DNA of 64,000 nucleotides from Gammaproteobacteria bacterium (GTDB lineage: Bacteria > Pseudomonadota > Gammaproteobacteria > CBDBNL01 > JAAOII01), in contig OZ242372.1 of NCBI GenBank assembly GCA_965209035.1, positions 576,001 through 640,000 on the forward strand, read 5' to 3'. Position 1 is the first letter of the stretch, and each line of letters opens with the position of its first letter. Of the stretch, positions 41,861 through 52,566 are shown piece by piece. The translations under genes were made by a program, and so were the position numbers. Under the pieces are notes generated by a model. That model saw only the letters and a list, made by a program, of their open reading frames with translations, was not told where the DNA came from and did no database searches.

Positions 41861-42403
41861 ATGCCTAACGGCTACTTTTTGTTGGTTTTGGTTTTTGTTT
41901 TGCCGCCGCCTCTGAGTGGCACAAGGATTCTGTCCGGCTTCTCGAGGTTGGAATAATTCACTGTCATCTTGCCACCGCCATCCTTCAAGTGGCTTAAAAG
42001 AAAGAATCTTAAGAATATTCCCGGCCCCCGCAAAGATGTTCGGATGTTTGAGATGTATAGACGCTTAGATGCCTAAACGGCTACTTTTTGTTGGTTTTGG
42101 TTTTTGTTTTGCCGCCGCCTCTGAGTGGCACAAGGATTCTGTCCAGTTCCTCGAGGTTGGAATAATTCACTGTCATCTTGCCACCGCCGTCCTTCAAGTG
42201 GCTTAAAAGAAAGAATCTTAAGAATATTCCCGGCCCCCGCAAAGATGTTCGGATGTTTGAGATGTATAGACGCTTAGATGCCTAAACGGCTACTTTTTGT
42301 TGGTTTTGGTTTTTGTTTTGCCGCCGCCTCTGAGTGGCACAAGGATTCTGTCCAGTTCCTCGAGGTTGGAATAATTCACTGTCATCTTGCCACCGCCATC
42401 CTT
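41861..42403. repeat. ~209-bp tandem repeat containing the parB 3' end (three copies of the parB tail, two of an ~85-bp spacer)
   Basis: atgcctaa(a)cggctactttttg... at 41861, 42069 and 42278. Confidence 0.92.
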
Positions 42404-43213
42404 GCGGTGGGCAAAAGACACCGAAACGCCCAGTTGATCGCTCAGTTCGTCTCCGAGAGCGCGGATATCCGGGTCCTGTCTGCCGCCGGGCTTCCCGCTG
42501 TCGGATCTTTTACCGGACAGACGCCTCACCAGTTGTTCCGCTTGACGGACATTTAACTTTTTGGCGGAGATAGCAGCCGCCGCCTGTTCTTGAGCCGGCG
42601 GCGGCAAACTCAAAATGACCTTGGCATGCCCCGGGTCCAAAAGACCATCGCGCAGAAGTTGCCGGGCGGCGGGTGCCAAGTTTAATAATCTTAAAAGGTT
42701 GGCGATGCTCGCCCGCGGCATCCCCAACCGCTCGCCCAGTGCCTGCTGGGTGTAAGAGTATGTTGTCATCAATTCTTTGAGCGCGACTGCCTGCTCGTAG
42801 GGACCCAGATCCTGTCGCTGGACATTTTCCATAAGCCCCAGCACCGCGGCCTGATTGTCATCCATCTTGCGGACAATACTCGGCACATTGGTTAAGCCGG
42901 CCGCCTGCGCCGCCCGCCAGCGTCTTTCGCCGGCGACCAACTCATACTCGTCCTCGCCGCCCGGTTTCGGTCGGACGATGATCGGTTGCAGCAGTCCGCT
43001 GGCGCGAATGGAATTGGCAAGTTCCGCGATCTTATCCGCATCAAACACCTGTCTGGATTGACGGGCCGCACGGGAAATTTTACGGATGTCAATGTCGGCG
43101 ATGCCTTCGCCGCTATGCTCGGGCGTATCGGCCGTATCGGCAATGCCGTCTGTTACGGCAAGGTCGCCCAGTAGGGCGGACAAATCCTTGCCGAGTGCTT
43201 TTCTCTTGTTCAT
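42290..43213 (-). CDS. parB: Chromosome partitioning protein ParB
   Basis: LGKDLSALL, GLLQPIIVR, VAGERRWRA, ENVQRQDL, HTH. Confidence 0.95.
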   Translation of the reverse strand: MNKRKALGKDLSALLGDLAVTDGIADTADTPEHSGEGIADIDIRKISRAARQSRQVFDADKIAELANSIRASGLLQPIIVRPKPGGEDEYELVAGERRWRAAQAAGLTNVPSIVRKMDDNQAAVLGLMENVQRQDLGPYEQAVALKELMTTYSYTQQALGERLGMPRASIANLLRLLNLAPAARQLLRDGLLDPGHAKVILSLPPPAQEQAAAAISAKKLNVRQAEQLVRRLSGKRSDSGKPGGRQDPDIRALGDELSDQLGVSVSFAHRKDGGGKMTVNYSNLEELDRILVPLRGGGKTKTKTNKK

Positions 43214-43980
43214 TATTGTTCGTGTCGTCTCATAAATTCGCCGGCAAGTGCCAGATAAGTGATACTGCCCGCGGAAGCCTTGTCATAACTTAGCACCGGC
43301 ACACCGTGGCTTGGAGCTTCCGCCAACCGCACATTGCGCGGGATAATGACATTATATACTTTGTCGCCGAAGTTTTTAAGAAGTTGATCCGACACCTCGC
43401 GGGTTAACCGATTCCGCTTGTCGTAAAGAGTGCGGAGCATCCCTTCTATCACCAGTTTCTTGTTGACCGTGGCGCGAATGCCTTCCACCGTGCCGATGAG
43501 ATCCGTGAGCCCCTCCAACGCAAAGTATTCGCACTGCACCGGCACCAACAGACCGTCGGCGGCACACATCGCGTTAACGGTCAAAATGTTAAGCGAAGGC
43601 GGGCAGTCTATAAAAATATAATCATAGTCATCGCGCACCCGGTCCAACGCCTTTTTGAGAACATTATGCTTATCTTTTTTGGAAAGCAACCCCACTTCCG
43701 CCGCCGTCAGATCTCGGTTGGCGGGCAGGAGGTCATAAAGGGCTTTGGTCTGTTTGATAATCGCTTTTTGTATCCGCACCTTGCCCGCAAAAACATCATA
43801 AACAGTCGGATCCGTGGCGCGCTTTTCATAGCCACTGCCGACAGTGGCGTTGCCTTGCGGGTCCATATCCACGACAAGGACACGCCGTCTGGTCACCACC
43901 AAACTCGCGCCCAAATTGATACAAGTGGTCGTTTTGGCAACGCCACCCTTTTGATTGGTTACAGCCGTAATATATGCCAT
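43213..43980 (-). CDS. parA: Chromosome partitioning ATPase ParA/Soj
   Basis: NQKGGVAKTTT, DMDPQGNAT, IDCPPSL, IPRNVRLAEAPSHG; likely start at ATG 43980. Confidence 0.95.
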   Translation of the reverse strand: MAYITAVTNQKGGVAKTTTCINLGASLVVTRRRVLVVDMDPQGNATVGSGYEKRATDPTVYDVFAGKVRIQKAIIKQTKALYDLLPANRDLTAAEVGLLSKKDKHNVLKKALDRVRDDYDYIFIDCPPSLNILTVNAMCAADGLLVPVQCEYFALEGLTDLIGTVEGIRATVNKKLVIEGMLRTLYDKRNRLTREVSDQLLKNFGDKVYNVIIPRNVRLAEAPSHGVPVLSYDKASAGSITYLALAGEFMRRHEQ

Positions 43981-43990
43981 CTTGCTTCTT

Positions 43991-45037
43991 TTATGATGCC
44001 GAACGCTTGCGCGAAGTATCCGGCTGAGCCTTGCCGGAAATACCCGGCTGAGCCTTGCGTGAAACATCCGATTGGTCCTTGCCAGAAATATTTGGTTGGT
44101 CCTTCCGTGAAATATCCGATTGGTCCTTGCCAGAAATATCCGGTTGGGCCTTGCCGGAAATATCCGGCTGAGCCTTGCGTGAAACATCCGATTGGTCCTT
44201 GCCAGAAATATTTGGTTGGTCCTTGCGCGAAGTGTCCGGCTGAGCCTTGCCGGAAATATCCCCCCGGTGCTTGCGCCAGATATCCCCCTGGCGTTTACGC
44301 CAGGTATCTAGGTGACGCTGCGCCCCCAAAAAGGGAACTTGCAACCTGTGTCTGCTCGGCGCATCCCAAAATTCGTCGCCCGCCGGCATCTCGGGTTGGC
44401 CGCGCCCGCGCATATGCAGGACAAGACCGCCCGGCTTAAGCAACGAATAAGCAATAGCGCAAAGATCTTCCGCGGTTGCCACGGAACGACCGATCACACA
44501 ATCAAATGCCTCAAGGATTTCCAAGTTGCTCGCGGCCGGATCGCTTCCCGCCACCACCCGATGATGCAAAACGGAAACATTGTTGAGTTTAAGAACTCGC
44601 CTGACCTGCAACAAAAAGCCACATTTTTTACCGGTCTTCTCAATCAAAGTCCAACGGCGATCCGGTGCGATGATCGCCAAAGGAATTCCCGGCAAACCCG
44701 CCCCGCTGCCGATATCCGCCGCCTTTTCACCGGCGATGAAGGGAGCGACACTCAGACTATCCAAAATATGTCGCACATCCCAATGCTCGCGCGGGACAGC
44801 CGTGAGGTTAAACTTGCGATTAGCATCTTCCAAAAGTTCCAGGTATTGCATGATGAGTTCCAGTGCCCGCTGATCCGGAATCATGCCGAGTTTACGCGCA
44901 CCCGCCGCGATTCTTTGCTCCGCCCTCGCCAAACCGGTTGTGCCGGCCTTGGTGTGCTCCGGCCTTAAATTAACTTCCTCCTTTTTCAACCAACCAACCT
45001 CATCGCGATCGCACTCGCGATGCCAAAAAGCGCACAT
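43991..45037 (-). CDS. rsmG: 16S rRNA m7G527 methyltransferase with a repetitive C-terminal tail (start uncertain)
   Basis: FNLTAV, RHILDSL, DIGSGAGLPGIPLAI; tail of DISGKAQP-type octapeptides. Confidence 0.9.
   Translation of the reverse strand: MCAFWHRECDRDEVGWLKKEEVNLRPEHTKAGTTGLARAEQRIAAGARKLGMIPDQRALELIMQYLELLEDANRKFNLTAVPREHWDVRHILDSLSVAPFIAGEKAADIGSGAGLPGIPLAIIAPDRRWTLIEKTGKKCGFLLQVRRVLKLNNVSVLHHRVVAGSDPAASNLEILEAFDCVIGRSVATAEDLCAIAYSLLKPGGLVLHMRGRGQPEMPAGDEFWDAPSRHRLQVPFLGAQRHLDTWRKRQGDIWRKHRGDISGKAQPDTSRKDQPNISGKDQSDVSRKAQPDISGKAQPDISGKDQSDISRKDQPNISGKDQSDVSRKAQPGISGKAQPDTSRKRSAS
44007..44294. repeat. 12 x 24-bp degenerate tandem array
   Basis: Units start every 24 bp from 44007; consensus approximately ttgcc(g/a)gaaatatccg(g/a)(c/t)tg(a/g)(g/t)cc. 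Confidence 0.92.
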
Positions 45038-45113
45038 CCGACTCCCGGCCTGCCGCCCCCTGTCCCCCTGTTAAAGCAACTTGCGTTGTGTTCGTCTCTA
45101 AAAAACTCATCCT

Positions 45114-46202
45114 TTAAAGAAGCGACTTAAGAGTATCTAAAAAGATCCGGTTTTCAGTCGGTGTGCCCATGGAAACGCGCAGGCATCCTTCCAAGGCGGG
45201 ATCCGCACCCGTCAGGTTTTTAACTAATATCTGACGCCCCAGAAGATCTTTATGCAGATCGGCAGCCGGTCGTGAAAGAACCTCAAACAGGACGAAGTTC
45301 GTCGTGCTCGGATAGGGCCGGATACCGGGCAGTTGCCGCATTTCGGCAAGCATCCGCTCGCGCTCTTGCCGAATTTCCGATGCCCTGCGGATGATCGTTT
45401 GCATCCTGTCCGTCTCTGTCACAAAATCAAGGCTTGCCTCCGTCAAAACACCAATGTTATAGGGCAAGCGAATCTTACGCAGCTGCTCCGCCACTTCGGG
45501 CTGTGCGGCCGCAAACCCAAAACGCAGCCCCGCCATTCCAATCTTTGAAAGCGTCCAAATAACGACCAAATTCGGAAACTTGTGCATATCCGGTAATCGG
45601 GGCGGCTCATCAAAAAAACGATAGGCACAGTCCACCACCGTAAGTGCGCCCGAGGCGGCGGCAATTTCCGCCAATTCCGGCGGGAACATATTGCCGGTTG
45701 GGTTATTCGGCAAAGAAAGGAAAATGACATTCGGGCGATGCTTCCGAACCGCCTCCTCAAACTTTGACGGATCCGGCACAAAGTTGTCGTTTCGGTCCAG
45801 CGGAAAACCGACAAACTCGCCGCCGAGCAGTCGCGTGATCCGCTCGTACATCACAAAACTCGGTGTCGGGCTTAACACCTTCAAATTGGCACAGCCTCTC
45901 AAAATGAGTAGCATTTGAATCAACTCATCCGAGCCGTTGCCCGGAATCAGTTCCGCCCCATCCGGCACAGAGAACGGCCGCCGCAACCGCGGCAAGATTG
46001 CCGGCAACCGAACAGGATAACGATTCACCTCCGCCCGTTTGAGTGCCACCGCCCATTCATCCGCCCAGAGTTCAAACCCATAGGGACACTCCATCGCGTT
46101 AAGCCGGGCAAGACCCTCTCCCGGCTGTGTCGCCCGGTAATGATCCAACGCCCGCAGATGCTCGGCGAAAACAGGAGGGCTGTTACTGTGAGGTATCTTC
46201 AT
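45114..46202 (-). CDS. hisC: Histidinol-phosphate aminotransferase
   Basis: GNGSDELI, PNNPTG, TLSKIGMAGLRFG, LPYN. Confidence 0.92.
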   Translation of the reverse strand: MKIPHSNSPPVFAEHLRALDHYRATQPGEGLARLNAMECPYGFELWADEWAVALKRAEVNRYPVRLPAILPRLRRPFSVPDGAELIPGNGSDELIQMLLILRGCANLKVLSPTPSFVMYERITRLLGGEFVGFPLDRNDNFVPDPSKFEEAVRKHRPNVIFLSLPNNPTGNMFPPELAEIAAASGALTVVDCAYRFFDEPPRLPDMHKFPNLVVIWTLSKIGMAGLRFGFAAAQPEVAEQLRKIRLPYNIGVLTEASLDFVTETDRMQTIIRRASEIRQERERMLAEMRQLPGIRPYPSTTNFVLFEVLSRPAADLHKDLLGRQILVKNLTGADPALEGCLRVSMGTPTENRIFLDTLKSLL

Positions 46203-47601
46203 CCGTCCGCCTTAACTTGGCGGAAAGAGCATGGGCGGTCAGACCTTCCGCCGCCGCCAACTCCTCGGTTGTCCGCACCCACTCCGGATCCGCATTCCCT
46301 CGCACACCGAGAATGCCAACGCGCTTGACAAAATCATAAACACCCAGCGGCGACATAAATGCCGCAGCCGGCGATGTCGGCAGAGTGTGGTTCGGACCCG
46401 CACCATAATCGCCGAATGTCGTCGGACAGGCATTCCCCATGAAAACGGCCGCCGTCCGATGAATTTCCTCTTCCAACGGTTCCGGATCGGCAACCATTAA
46501 TTGCAAATGCTCGGGAGCAAGGGAATCGGCGAGACGCGCCGCTTCCGCAACCGAACGGGTTTTCACCAGCAGTCCCCGGCGGCGAAGGGCTTCTTTAATG
46601 ATTTCCCATCTCGGCAAAACATCCGTCGCATCCGTCGTATCGGCGGCATCGCGGGCATCCGCCATGCCCGTTATGCCTGTTAACTTCCCCAATTCCCGCA
46701 CAGTTGCCAGCAGCAGGGGCTCGGACGGACTAAACAGAGAAACCCCCGCATCGGGATCGTGTTCCGCCTGGGCGCACAGATCCGCCGCCACCCATTCGGG
46801 CGGTGCGTTTTCGTCCGCCACTATTGCCACTTCCGAAGGGCCCGCCGTCATATCAATGCCCACCACACCGAACAGTTGCCGCTTGGCTTCGGTGACATAC
46901 GCATTCCCCGGTCCGACGATCTTGTCCGTCGCCCGCACGGATTCCGTGCCGTAAGCCAGGGCCGCAATGGCCTGCGCGCCGCCTATGGTGTGCAGGCGAT
47001 TCGCCTTGGCAATATGTGCCGCCGCCAACAAGGCGACCGCGTCTTCGTTCACAGGGCTGACAATCGTGATATCCTCAACCTCGGCAATCTGTGCCGGCAG
47101 GGCGCACATCAGCAGACTGGAAGGATAAACCGCAGTCCCGCCGGGGACATAGATGCCAACCCGCTCCAACGGAACTATTTTCTGCCCGCAAACGACAACC
47201 GAATCGCGCTTGGCACCAACTTTGGATTCCTGACGCCAACTGTATTGAATCTGGCTGCGATGATAGGCAATGATCCGGTCCTTCATAGAATGCATCGCAT
47301 CGCGCAAAGCGGGAGAAATCGCCCGGTAGGCGGCCGCAAACTGTTCGGGGCCGAAGGTCAGTTGACGAATGCTTTGGGCGTCCCGCTTGTCATAACGCTT
47401 GGTTAATTCCAGCAGAGCATCATCTCCGCGGTCACGCACCTGCTTCAAAACGGCAGCCACTTGTTCGGCAATACCGCCCGCCCCGTTACTTAGACTGCTC
47501 TTTAAGTGCTTTCTTTGTTGTCGCAGTTCTTCAAATTTTTTTGCAAAATTCTTGTCGCTGCTGTCCCAAAAGGTAAAAAAAGGATGTGGATGTGGCTTCA
47601 T
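46183..47601 (-). CDS. hisD: Histidinol dehydrogenase
   Basis: GIYVPGG, GPGNAYV, AGPSE, QAEHD, APEHL, GDY..GPNH.LPT. Confidence 0.94.
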   Translation of the reverse strand: MKPHPHPFFTFWDSSDKNFAKKFEELRQQRKHLKSSLSNGAGGIAEQVAAVLKQVRDRGDDALLELTKRYDKRDAQSIRQLTFGPEQFAAAYRAISPALRDAMHSMKDRIIAYHRSQIQYSWRQESKVGAKRDSVVVCGQKIVPLERVGIYVPGGTAVYPSSLLMCALPAQIAEVEDITIVSPVNEDAVALLAAAHIAKANRLHTIGGAQAIAALAYGTESVRATDKIVGPGNAYVTEAKRQLFGVVGIDMTAGPSEVAIVADENAPPEWVAADLCAQAEHDPDAGVSLFSPSEPLLLATVRELGKLTGITGMADARDAADTTDATDVLPRWEIIKEALRRRGLLVKTRSVAEAARLADSLAPEHLQLMVADPEPLEEEIHRTAAVFMGNACPTTFGDYGAGPNHTLPTSPAAAFMSPLGVYDFVKRVGILGVRGNADPEWVRTTEELAAAEGLTAHALSAKLRRTDEDTSQ

Positions 47602-47878
47602 AGAATTCCATTATAGGAAACACAGCCGGCGGGATTGCCTTGCCGGATCAGCCCCGCCCGATTGCGGGGTTTAAGTTGTCAAAAGATCAGTGCTTGTTAA
47701 AAATGCACTCTTGGCCGTGCACTCGTCTGCGTTTCCGGACACTTCACAACCGCTTCATCGCCGCTTCACAGCATCTTCACAGACGCTGCATCGATGCCAA
47801 AGCGATCTGTTTGGCTCGCCAAAGCAGCCAAACGAGCTCTCGGTCTGCTTTAGATTCCGCTTGTCCGCTGCTGACTGC

Positions 47879-50800
47879 CTACTGCCGTTGCTGTTGCTCT
47901 GCTACGCTGACAGGATGGCAGTTCAGAACGGGGTATTGTGTGCTGTTGCCCAGATCCCAGGCGCGGATGAAGGAGGCACCTGGCCCGTCATCGGTGGTAT
48001 CTTCCATTTCCTCGCCGGTGTTCGGATCACACCAGAAGTCACCCCAGTCGGCATAGATTCCCGTGAAGTCGGTCGGCGATTGCAAGGCTGTCGTGCTATG
48101 ACCCTCGCCCAAATTACCGGCACTCATAGACTGCATGGTGGTTTGATTGTCCCAATAGGTGGCAATGACATCGGTGTCATTATCGGTGAAGCCGATCAAT
48201 CCACCGACAGCAGCCTTATCGGAACCTGAAACAAGCCCGGGGGCGGCATAAGAATAATTAATTTGAAATCCTACCCCCTGCCCAACCAGGCCGCCAACAG
48301 AAGTACTCTCCGCGTCCCCGGAAACACTTCCGCCGAGCACATAGGCATAGCGAATATCCGTATTAATCCCACTCCCAACCAAGCCGCCAGCAACACTCCC
48401 GGAAACATCCACACCGGACACGGACGTATAGCGAATATCCTGCTCATCACCAAACCCAACCAGGCCGCCAGCAGCATTACTCCCGATAACATTTCCGCCA
48501 GACACGGACGCATAGCGAATATCCTGCTCCTCACCAAACCCAACCAGGCCGCCAACAAAACTCCCGGCAACACTTCCGCCGGACACGGACGCATTGCGAA
48601 TATCCGCATTAAGCCCCTCCCCAATCAGGCCGCCAACAAAAAAAGCCCCCGAAACATCCACACCGGACACGGACGCATTGCGAATATCCGCATACCTACC
48701 ATCCCCAACCAAGCCGCCGGCAACAAACCCGGAAACATCCACACCGGACACGAACGCATTGTAAATATCCGCATCCTCACCATACCCAACCAGGCCACCG
48801 GCAATGCTCCCGGAAACACCCTCGGAAACATTTCCGAAAACACTTCCGCCGGACACGGACGCATTGCGAATATCCGCATCCTCACCATGCCCAACCAGGC
48901 CGCCCACAGCGCTGCCCACAGCAGTGGTGGTACCGCCACTGACACGCGCATTCCCGAGATGCAGATTTTGGATGCCACCGGTTAAGGCACCAAACAACCC
49001 CACTCCATAGGCAGTATCGCTCGCAGAGATGAACAGATCGGCAATACGATAACCGCCGCCGTCAAAGATTCCGGTATAAGAGGTGCAAACATCCAAAGCG
49101 GAACAAGAGCCGATCGGCTGCCAGCCGCTGCCGGTCGTCCAGCCAGCCCGATTGCCACTGCCCGCGGCATAGGAAGCATCATCACTAAAATTGAACGAGC
49201 GAGTTAATTCATAACCCAAACAGCCGCCGTCATCGTCATCCGGATCCGGGCAGCCCATAGAGCCCACAGAGGTAATCTCGGGGATACGGCCATCATCCGT
49301 CCCATCGCCGTTCAGATCATCGCGCAGCCGCGCCAAGTCATCCAAAGTGTGGATCTCTATCAAGCCATTATTATTGTCATCCACATCCTCATCGTTATCC
49401 CGACAGCCGTCACCATCATGGTCCGCGGACGCATTGGAAGTCCAGCCGATCACACCGCGCGGACAAGTATCCGCAAGATCATCCACATCGTCATTGTCAT
49501 CGTCCAAGTCTTCTATTAAGGTGGTATTCACATCGGTCCTGCAGCCGGTAGCCAGCTCGTCCGGTTCGCCATCGCCATCCGTGTCAAGACTCGCACAGGC
49601 ATCCGTCACAAACGCATCATCCGTATCCGCCACGCCATCATTGTCATCGTCCGGATCTTCATCTCTGTCGCGACAGCCATCACCGTCATGGTCCGCGGAC
49701 GCATTGGAAGTCCAGCCGGTAGCGCCGATCGGACAAGTATCCGCAATATCCTCCACGCCATCATTGTCATCGTCATCATCACAGGCATCACCGCCGTCAT
49801 CCGCATTGTCCGTGTTGGCTTGGTCCGCATTGGCAACCAACGGACAATTATCGTCCGTATCCGCCACTTCATCATTGTCATCGTCCGAATCTTCTGTTAA
49901 GGTAGTATTCACACCGGCCGTGCAACCCGGAACAAGGCTATCCGGATTGCCATCCTCATCCGTGTCGGCACTCGCACAGGCATCTATCCGGAACGCATCG
50001 TCCGCATCCGCCACGCCATCATTGTCATCGTCCTCGTCACAGGCATCACCCTCTCCGTCGGTATCGTTGTTATGCTGTTGCGGATTGCGGACGAGCCGGC
50101 AATTGTCTAACGGGGTCACACCGTCGTCGGCAAAGTCATTCACTCCGTCATTGTCATCGTCCGGATCTTCATCTGTGTCGCGACAGCCGTCACGGTCATG
50201 GTCCGCGGACGCATTGGAAGTCCAGCCGGTAACACCGATCGGACAAGTATCGGCCGTATCCGCCACGCCATCATTGTCATCGTCCGGATCTTCTGTTAAG
50301 GTAGTATTCACACCGGTCGTGCAACCGGCAGATAATCTGTCCGGATTGCCGTCATTATCCGTGTCGGTACTCGCACAGGCATCCGTCACAAACGCATCGG
50401 CCGTATCCGCCACGTCATCATTGTCATCGTCCGGATCTTCTGTTAAGGTAGTATTCACACCGGTCGTGCAGCCGGCAGCGAGTTTGTCCGGTGCTCCGTC
50501 TCCATCCGTATCGATGCTCGCACAGGCATCTGTCCGGAACGCATCGGCCGTATCCGCCACACCGTCATTGTCATCGTCATCATCACAGGCATCACCGCCG
50601 TCATCCGCATTGTCCGTGTTGGCTTGGTCCGCATTGGCAACCAACGGACAATTATCGTTATCATCATCCTCACCGTCACCATCAATATCTGTGCCTACAC
50701 CCACTCTCGCTCCCGTTGTGATCGACACAGGATGTGAGGTCACGATAATGCCGTTCTCATAACGCACCGCAACTGTGATGTGATAAGTGATGTCATTGGT

Positions 50801-51271
50801 TAAGCCCGTAATGTTGTAGATGACCCGAACAAGCGGCGCAACATCTGCCGCGGTAGAATTAAGTTCTTCTGTTGTGCCACCATCGCTCGCATTGTCACGG
50901 CGTGTGGTAATAACGAGCCCGTCGATATTATCCGCGGCCGGATTAGTCCAACCCACGAGAATATGATCCTCACCGGCCAGAGCCCGGATATTGAAAACAG
51001 CCGGAAAATTCTGAGAAGCGGGATCGCCGACACCGCCGCTGCTGCCGCCGCTGCCGCCACAACCTGTCAGGACCAAACCGAACATACCCGCCAGCAGCAC
51101 ACCGTAAAAACGAGCCGGTATGCACATCCGTCGTGCCCTATTGGGTTCGGGAAAAGCCTTAAAGGCATTAAAAGCATTAAAAATATTAAGGAGACGCACA
51201 GATACCGTGCCTCTTTGTTCGCGGCACATTGCTTTCGCCGACCGCACAGGAAAAAAGTGGAACTGATTCAT
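47879..51271 (-). CDS. Large surface lipoprotein with FN3-like, TSP3 and GLUG repeats (paralog of 155-2758)
   Basis: Lipobox LVLTG-C; many DDDNDGV.D..D / DNCPLVANADQ repeats; GGLVG.G..ADIRNASVSG repeats; same C-terminal WDLG..QYPVLNC.PVS. Confidence 0.82.
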   Translation of the reverse strand: MNQFHFFPVRSAKAMCREQRGTVSVRLLNIFNAFNAFKAFPEPNRARRMCIPARFYGVLLAGMFGLVLTGCGGSGGSSGGVGDPASQNFPAVFNIRALAGEDHILVGWTNPAADNIDGLVITTRRDNASDGGTTEELNSTAADVAPLVRVIYNITGLTNDITYHITVAVRYENGIIVTSHPVSITTGARVGVGTDIDGDGEDDDNDNCPLVANADQANTDNADDGGDACDDDDDNDGVADTADAFRTDACASIDTDGDGAPDKLAAGCTTGVNTTLTEDPDDDNDDVADTADAFVTDACASTDTDNDGNPDRLSAGCTTGVNTTLTEDPDDDNDGVADTADTCPIGVTGWTSNASADHDRDGCRDTDEDPDDDNDGVNDFADDGVTPLDNCRLVRNPQQHNNDTDGEGDACDEDDDNDGVADADDAFRIDACASADTDEDGNPDSLVPGCTAGVNTTLTEDSDDDNDEVADTDDNCPLVANADQANTDNADDGGDACDDDDDNDGVEDIADTCPIGATGWTSNASADHDGDGCRDRDEDPDDDNDGVADTDDAFVTDACASLDTDGDGEPDELATGCRTDVNTTLIEDLDDDNDDVDDLADTCPRGVIGWTSNASADHDGDGCRDNDEDVDDNNNGLIEIHTLDDLARLRDDLNGDGTDDGRIPEITSVGSMGCPDPDDDDGGCLGYELTRSFNFSDDASYAAGSGNRAGWTTGSGWQPIGSCSALDVCTSYTGIFDGGGYRIADLFISASDTAYGVGLFGALTGGIQNLHLGNARVSGGTTTAVGSAVGGLVGHGEDADIRNASVSGGSVFGNVSEGVSGSIAGGLVGYGEDADIYNAFVSGVDVSGFVAGGLVGDGRYADIRNASVSGVDVSGAFFVGGLIGEGLNADIRNASVSGGSVAGSFVGGLVGFGEEQDIRYASVSGGNVIGSNAAGGLVGFGDEQDIRYTSVSGVDVSGSVAGGLVGSGINTDIRYAYVLGGSVSGDAESTSVGGLVGQGVGFQINYSYAAPGLVSGSDKAAVGGLIGFTDNDTDVIATYWDNQTTMQSMSAGNLGEGHSTTALQSPTDFTGIYADWGDFWCDPNTGEEMEDTTDDGPGASFIRAWDLGNSTQYPVLNCHPVSVAEQQQRQ

Positions 51272-51358
51272 TATTTTCTATTGTTTTCTATCATGATTAA
51301 TATTAATTTTTTTTGAGGCATTACTCAACTATTATTATAACTTTAATTTTCAAAATTA

Positions 51359-51992
51359 TGTATGATCCGCCCATTTTCGAACTTTTTTGTTTTTGTAAAA
51401 ACCGGATCGGCGAGAGTTGTTTGAGAGCATAATGGGGACGCTCGCGATGATGATACCAAGCCAACCACTCGATGAACTTGGCGTTGAATGCCGGCATATC
51501 CTTAACCAAGAGATGCCGCATATGACAACCGAACTCTTCCCCCAAGGTTATTTTTTAAGGAGCGCGATTGAATCGTTCACAGTGTGCATTCATTTGCGGT
51601 TTCCCAAAAAACAACATAGCATGAGCATGCCAGTGTCTGCTGCCGTTTGCTGTCACGACCCGATGGAAGTCTTCACAGACCAGCGCGATGCGGGGAAATA
51701 GGTCAATGCCGACGTGCCGGTAAATGCGCCGGCCACCGATGATGCTGCGGGCGATCGTTAACCGGCTGGGTGTCGGCAGCCGCCGGTTATATGTCACTGA
51801 CACCATTCGGGTAACAAGCAGATCGGTTTATCGGGACCGATGTTCGGCCGCGCTTGTCGCCAAGACCGGATCTTGGCAACCAATGCCGGTGACCAGGTGT
51901 TGGACCGCTTGGGCTGATGCTGTATAATCCCACCCATTTCCGGACTTTTTTTGTTTGTGTCCGAATTGAACCGGCAAGAGTTGTTTGTGAAC
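51359..51992 (-). mobile_element. IS481-like transposase relics, internally deleted, with a further end fragment at 51921
   Basis: Similar to 41298-41620 (PQMNAHCERFNR, ERPHYAL); TGTATGATCC end at 51359, TGTATAATCC at 51921. Confidence 0.75.
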
Positions 51993-52017
51993 ATGCCGGG
52001 AATAACTTGGGGCGATG

Positions 52018-52566
52018 CTATCTCTTTAAATCCTTTGTCAATTGATCAAACGCCTTTTTAACATCCGCCAAGCTTGTTATTTTTTCCATTTCGTTTAACT
52101 TGAAATCACACTTAAATCCTCTGCCCGTTTTTGCCGTGCCTCTGTCGTGTAACTTTTCCCAATCTATGTTTTTCTTTGCCCAAAACTTGATGTACAAATC
52201 ATCCGGCGAGACACCCAAGAAAAAAATCGCAGCGTAATCGCCGTCTTTTTTAAGTCCTTCGTTTTGAAACCTATGATTAACATCCAATGAAGCGGTTTTA
52301 ATTTCAAACTTACGTTCGTTTACTTTTAGATCCCAATCCCCCTGATCTCCGTCGGCATATTCAAATTTAATGCGGCGATGATATATTTGCTGCAGACACA
52401 TCGCAAAAAATCTTTCACCAAAGCTGCCTCTCTTATCTATTGGCAAGCGTTTTATCTCTATGTATTTGTTTGTATTTTTCCATACGGACTTTTGCTTAAC
52501 CTCCCGGACGATCTCTCTTAATGTCTCATCGGCTATATCGGCAACCGGTTTATTTAATCTATCCAT
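52018..52566 (-). CDS. Putative type II restriction endonuclease (PD-(D/E)XK)
   Basis: GSFGE...GDWDLKV...FEIKTA; directly downstream of an N6/N4 MTase. Confidence 0.6.
   Translation of the reverse strand: MDRLNKPVADIADETLREIVREVKQKSVWKNTNKYIEIKRLPIDKRGSFGERFFAMCLQQIYHRRIKFEYADGDQGDWDLKVNERKFEIKTASLDVNHRFQNEGLKKDGDYAAIFFLGVSPDDLYIKFWAKKNIDWEKLHDRGTAKTGRGFKCDFKLNEMEKITSLADVKKAFDQLTKDLKR

Noticed and set aside
41861-42403. CRISPR-like array or DGR template/variable repeats
   Set aside because: Spacers are identical, differences are not adenine-specific and no reverse transcriptase is present
43981-44187. 69-aa N-terminal extension of ParA
   Set aside because: Arises from the stop-free 24-bp array; ATG 43980 gives the canonical ParA N-terminus
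44007-44294. CRISPR array
   Set aside because: Units are contiguous with no unique spacers; no cas genes in the window
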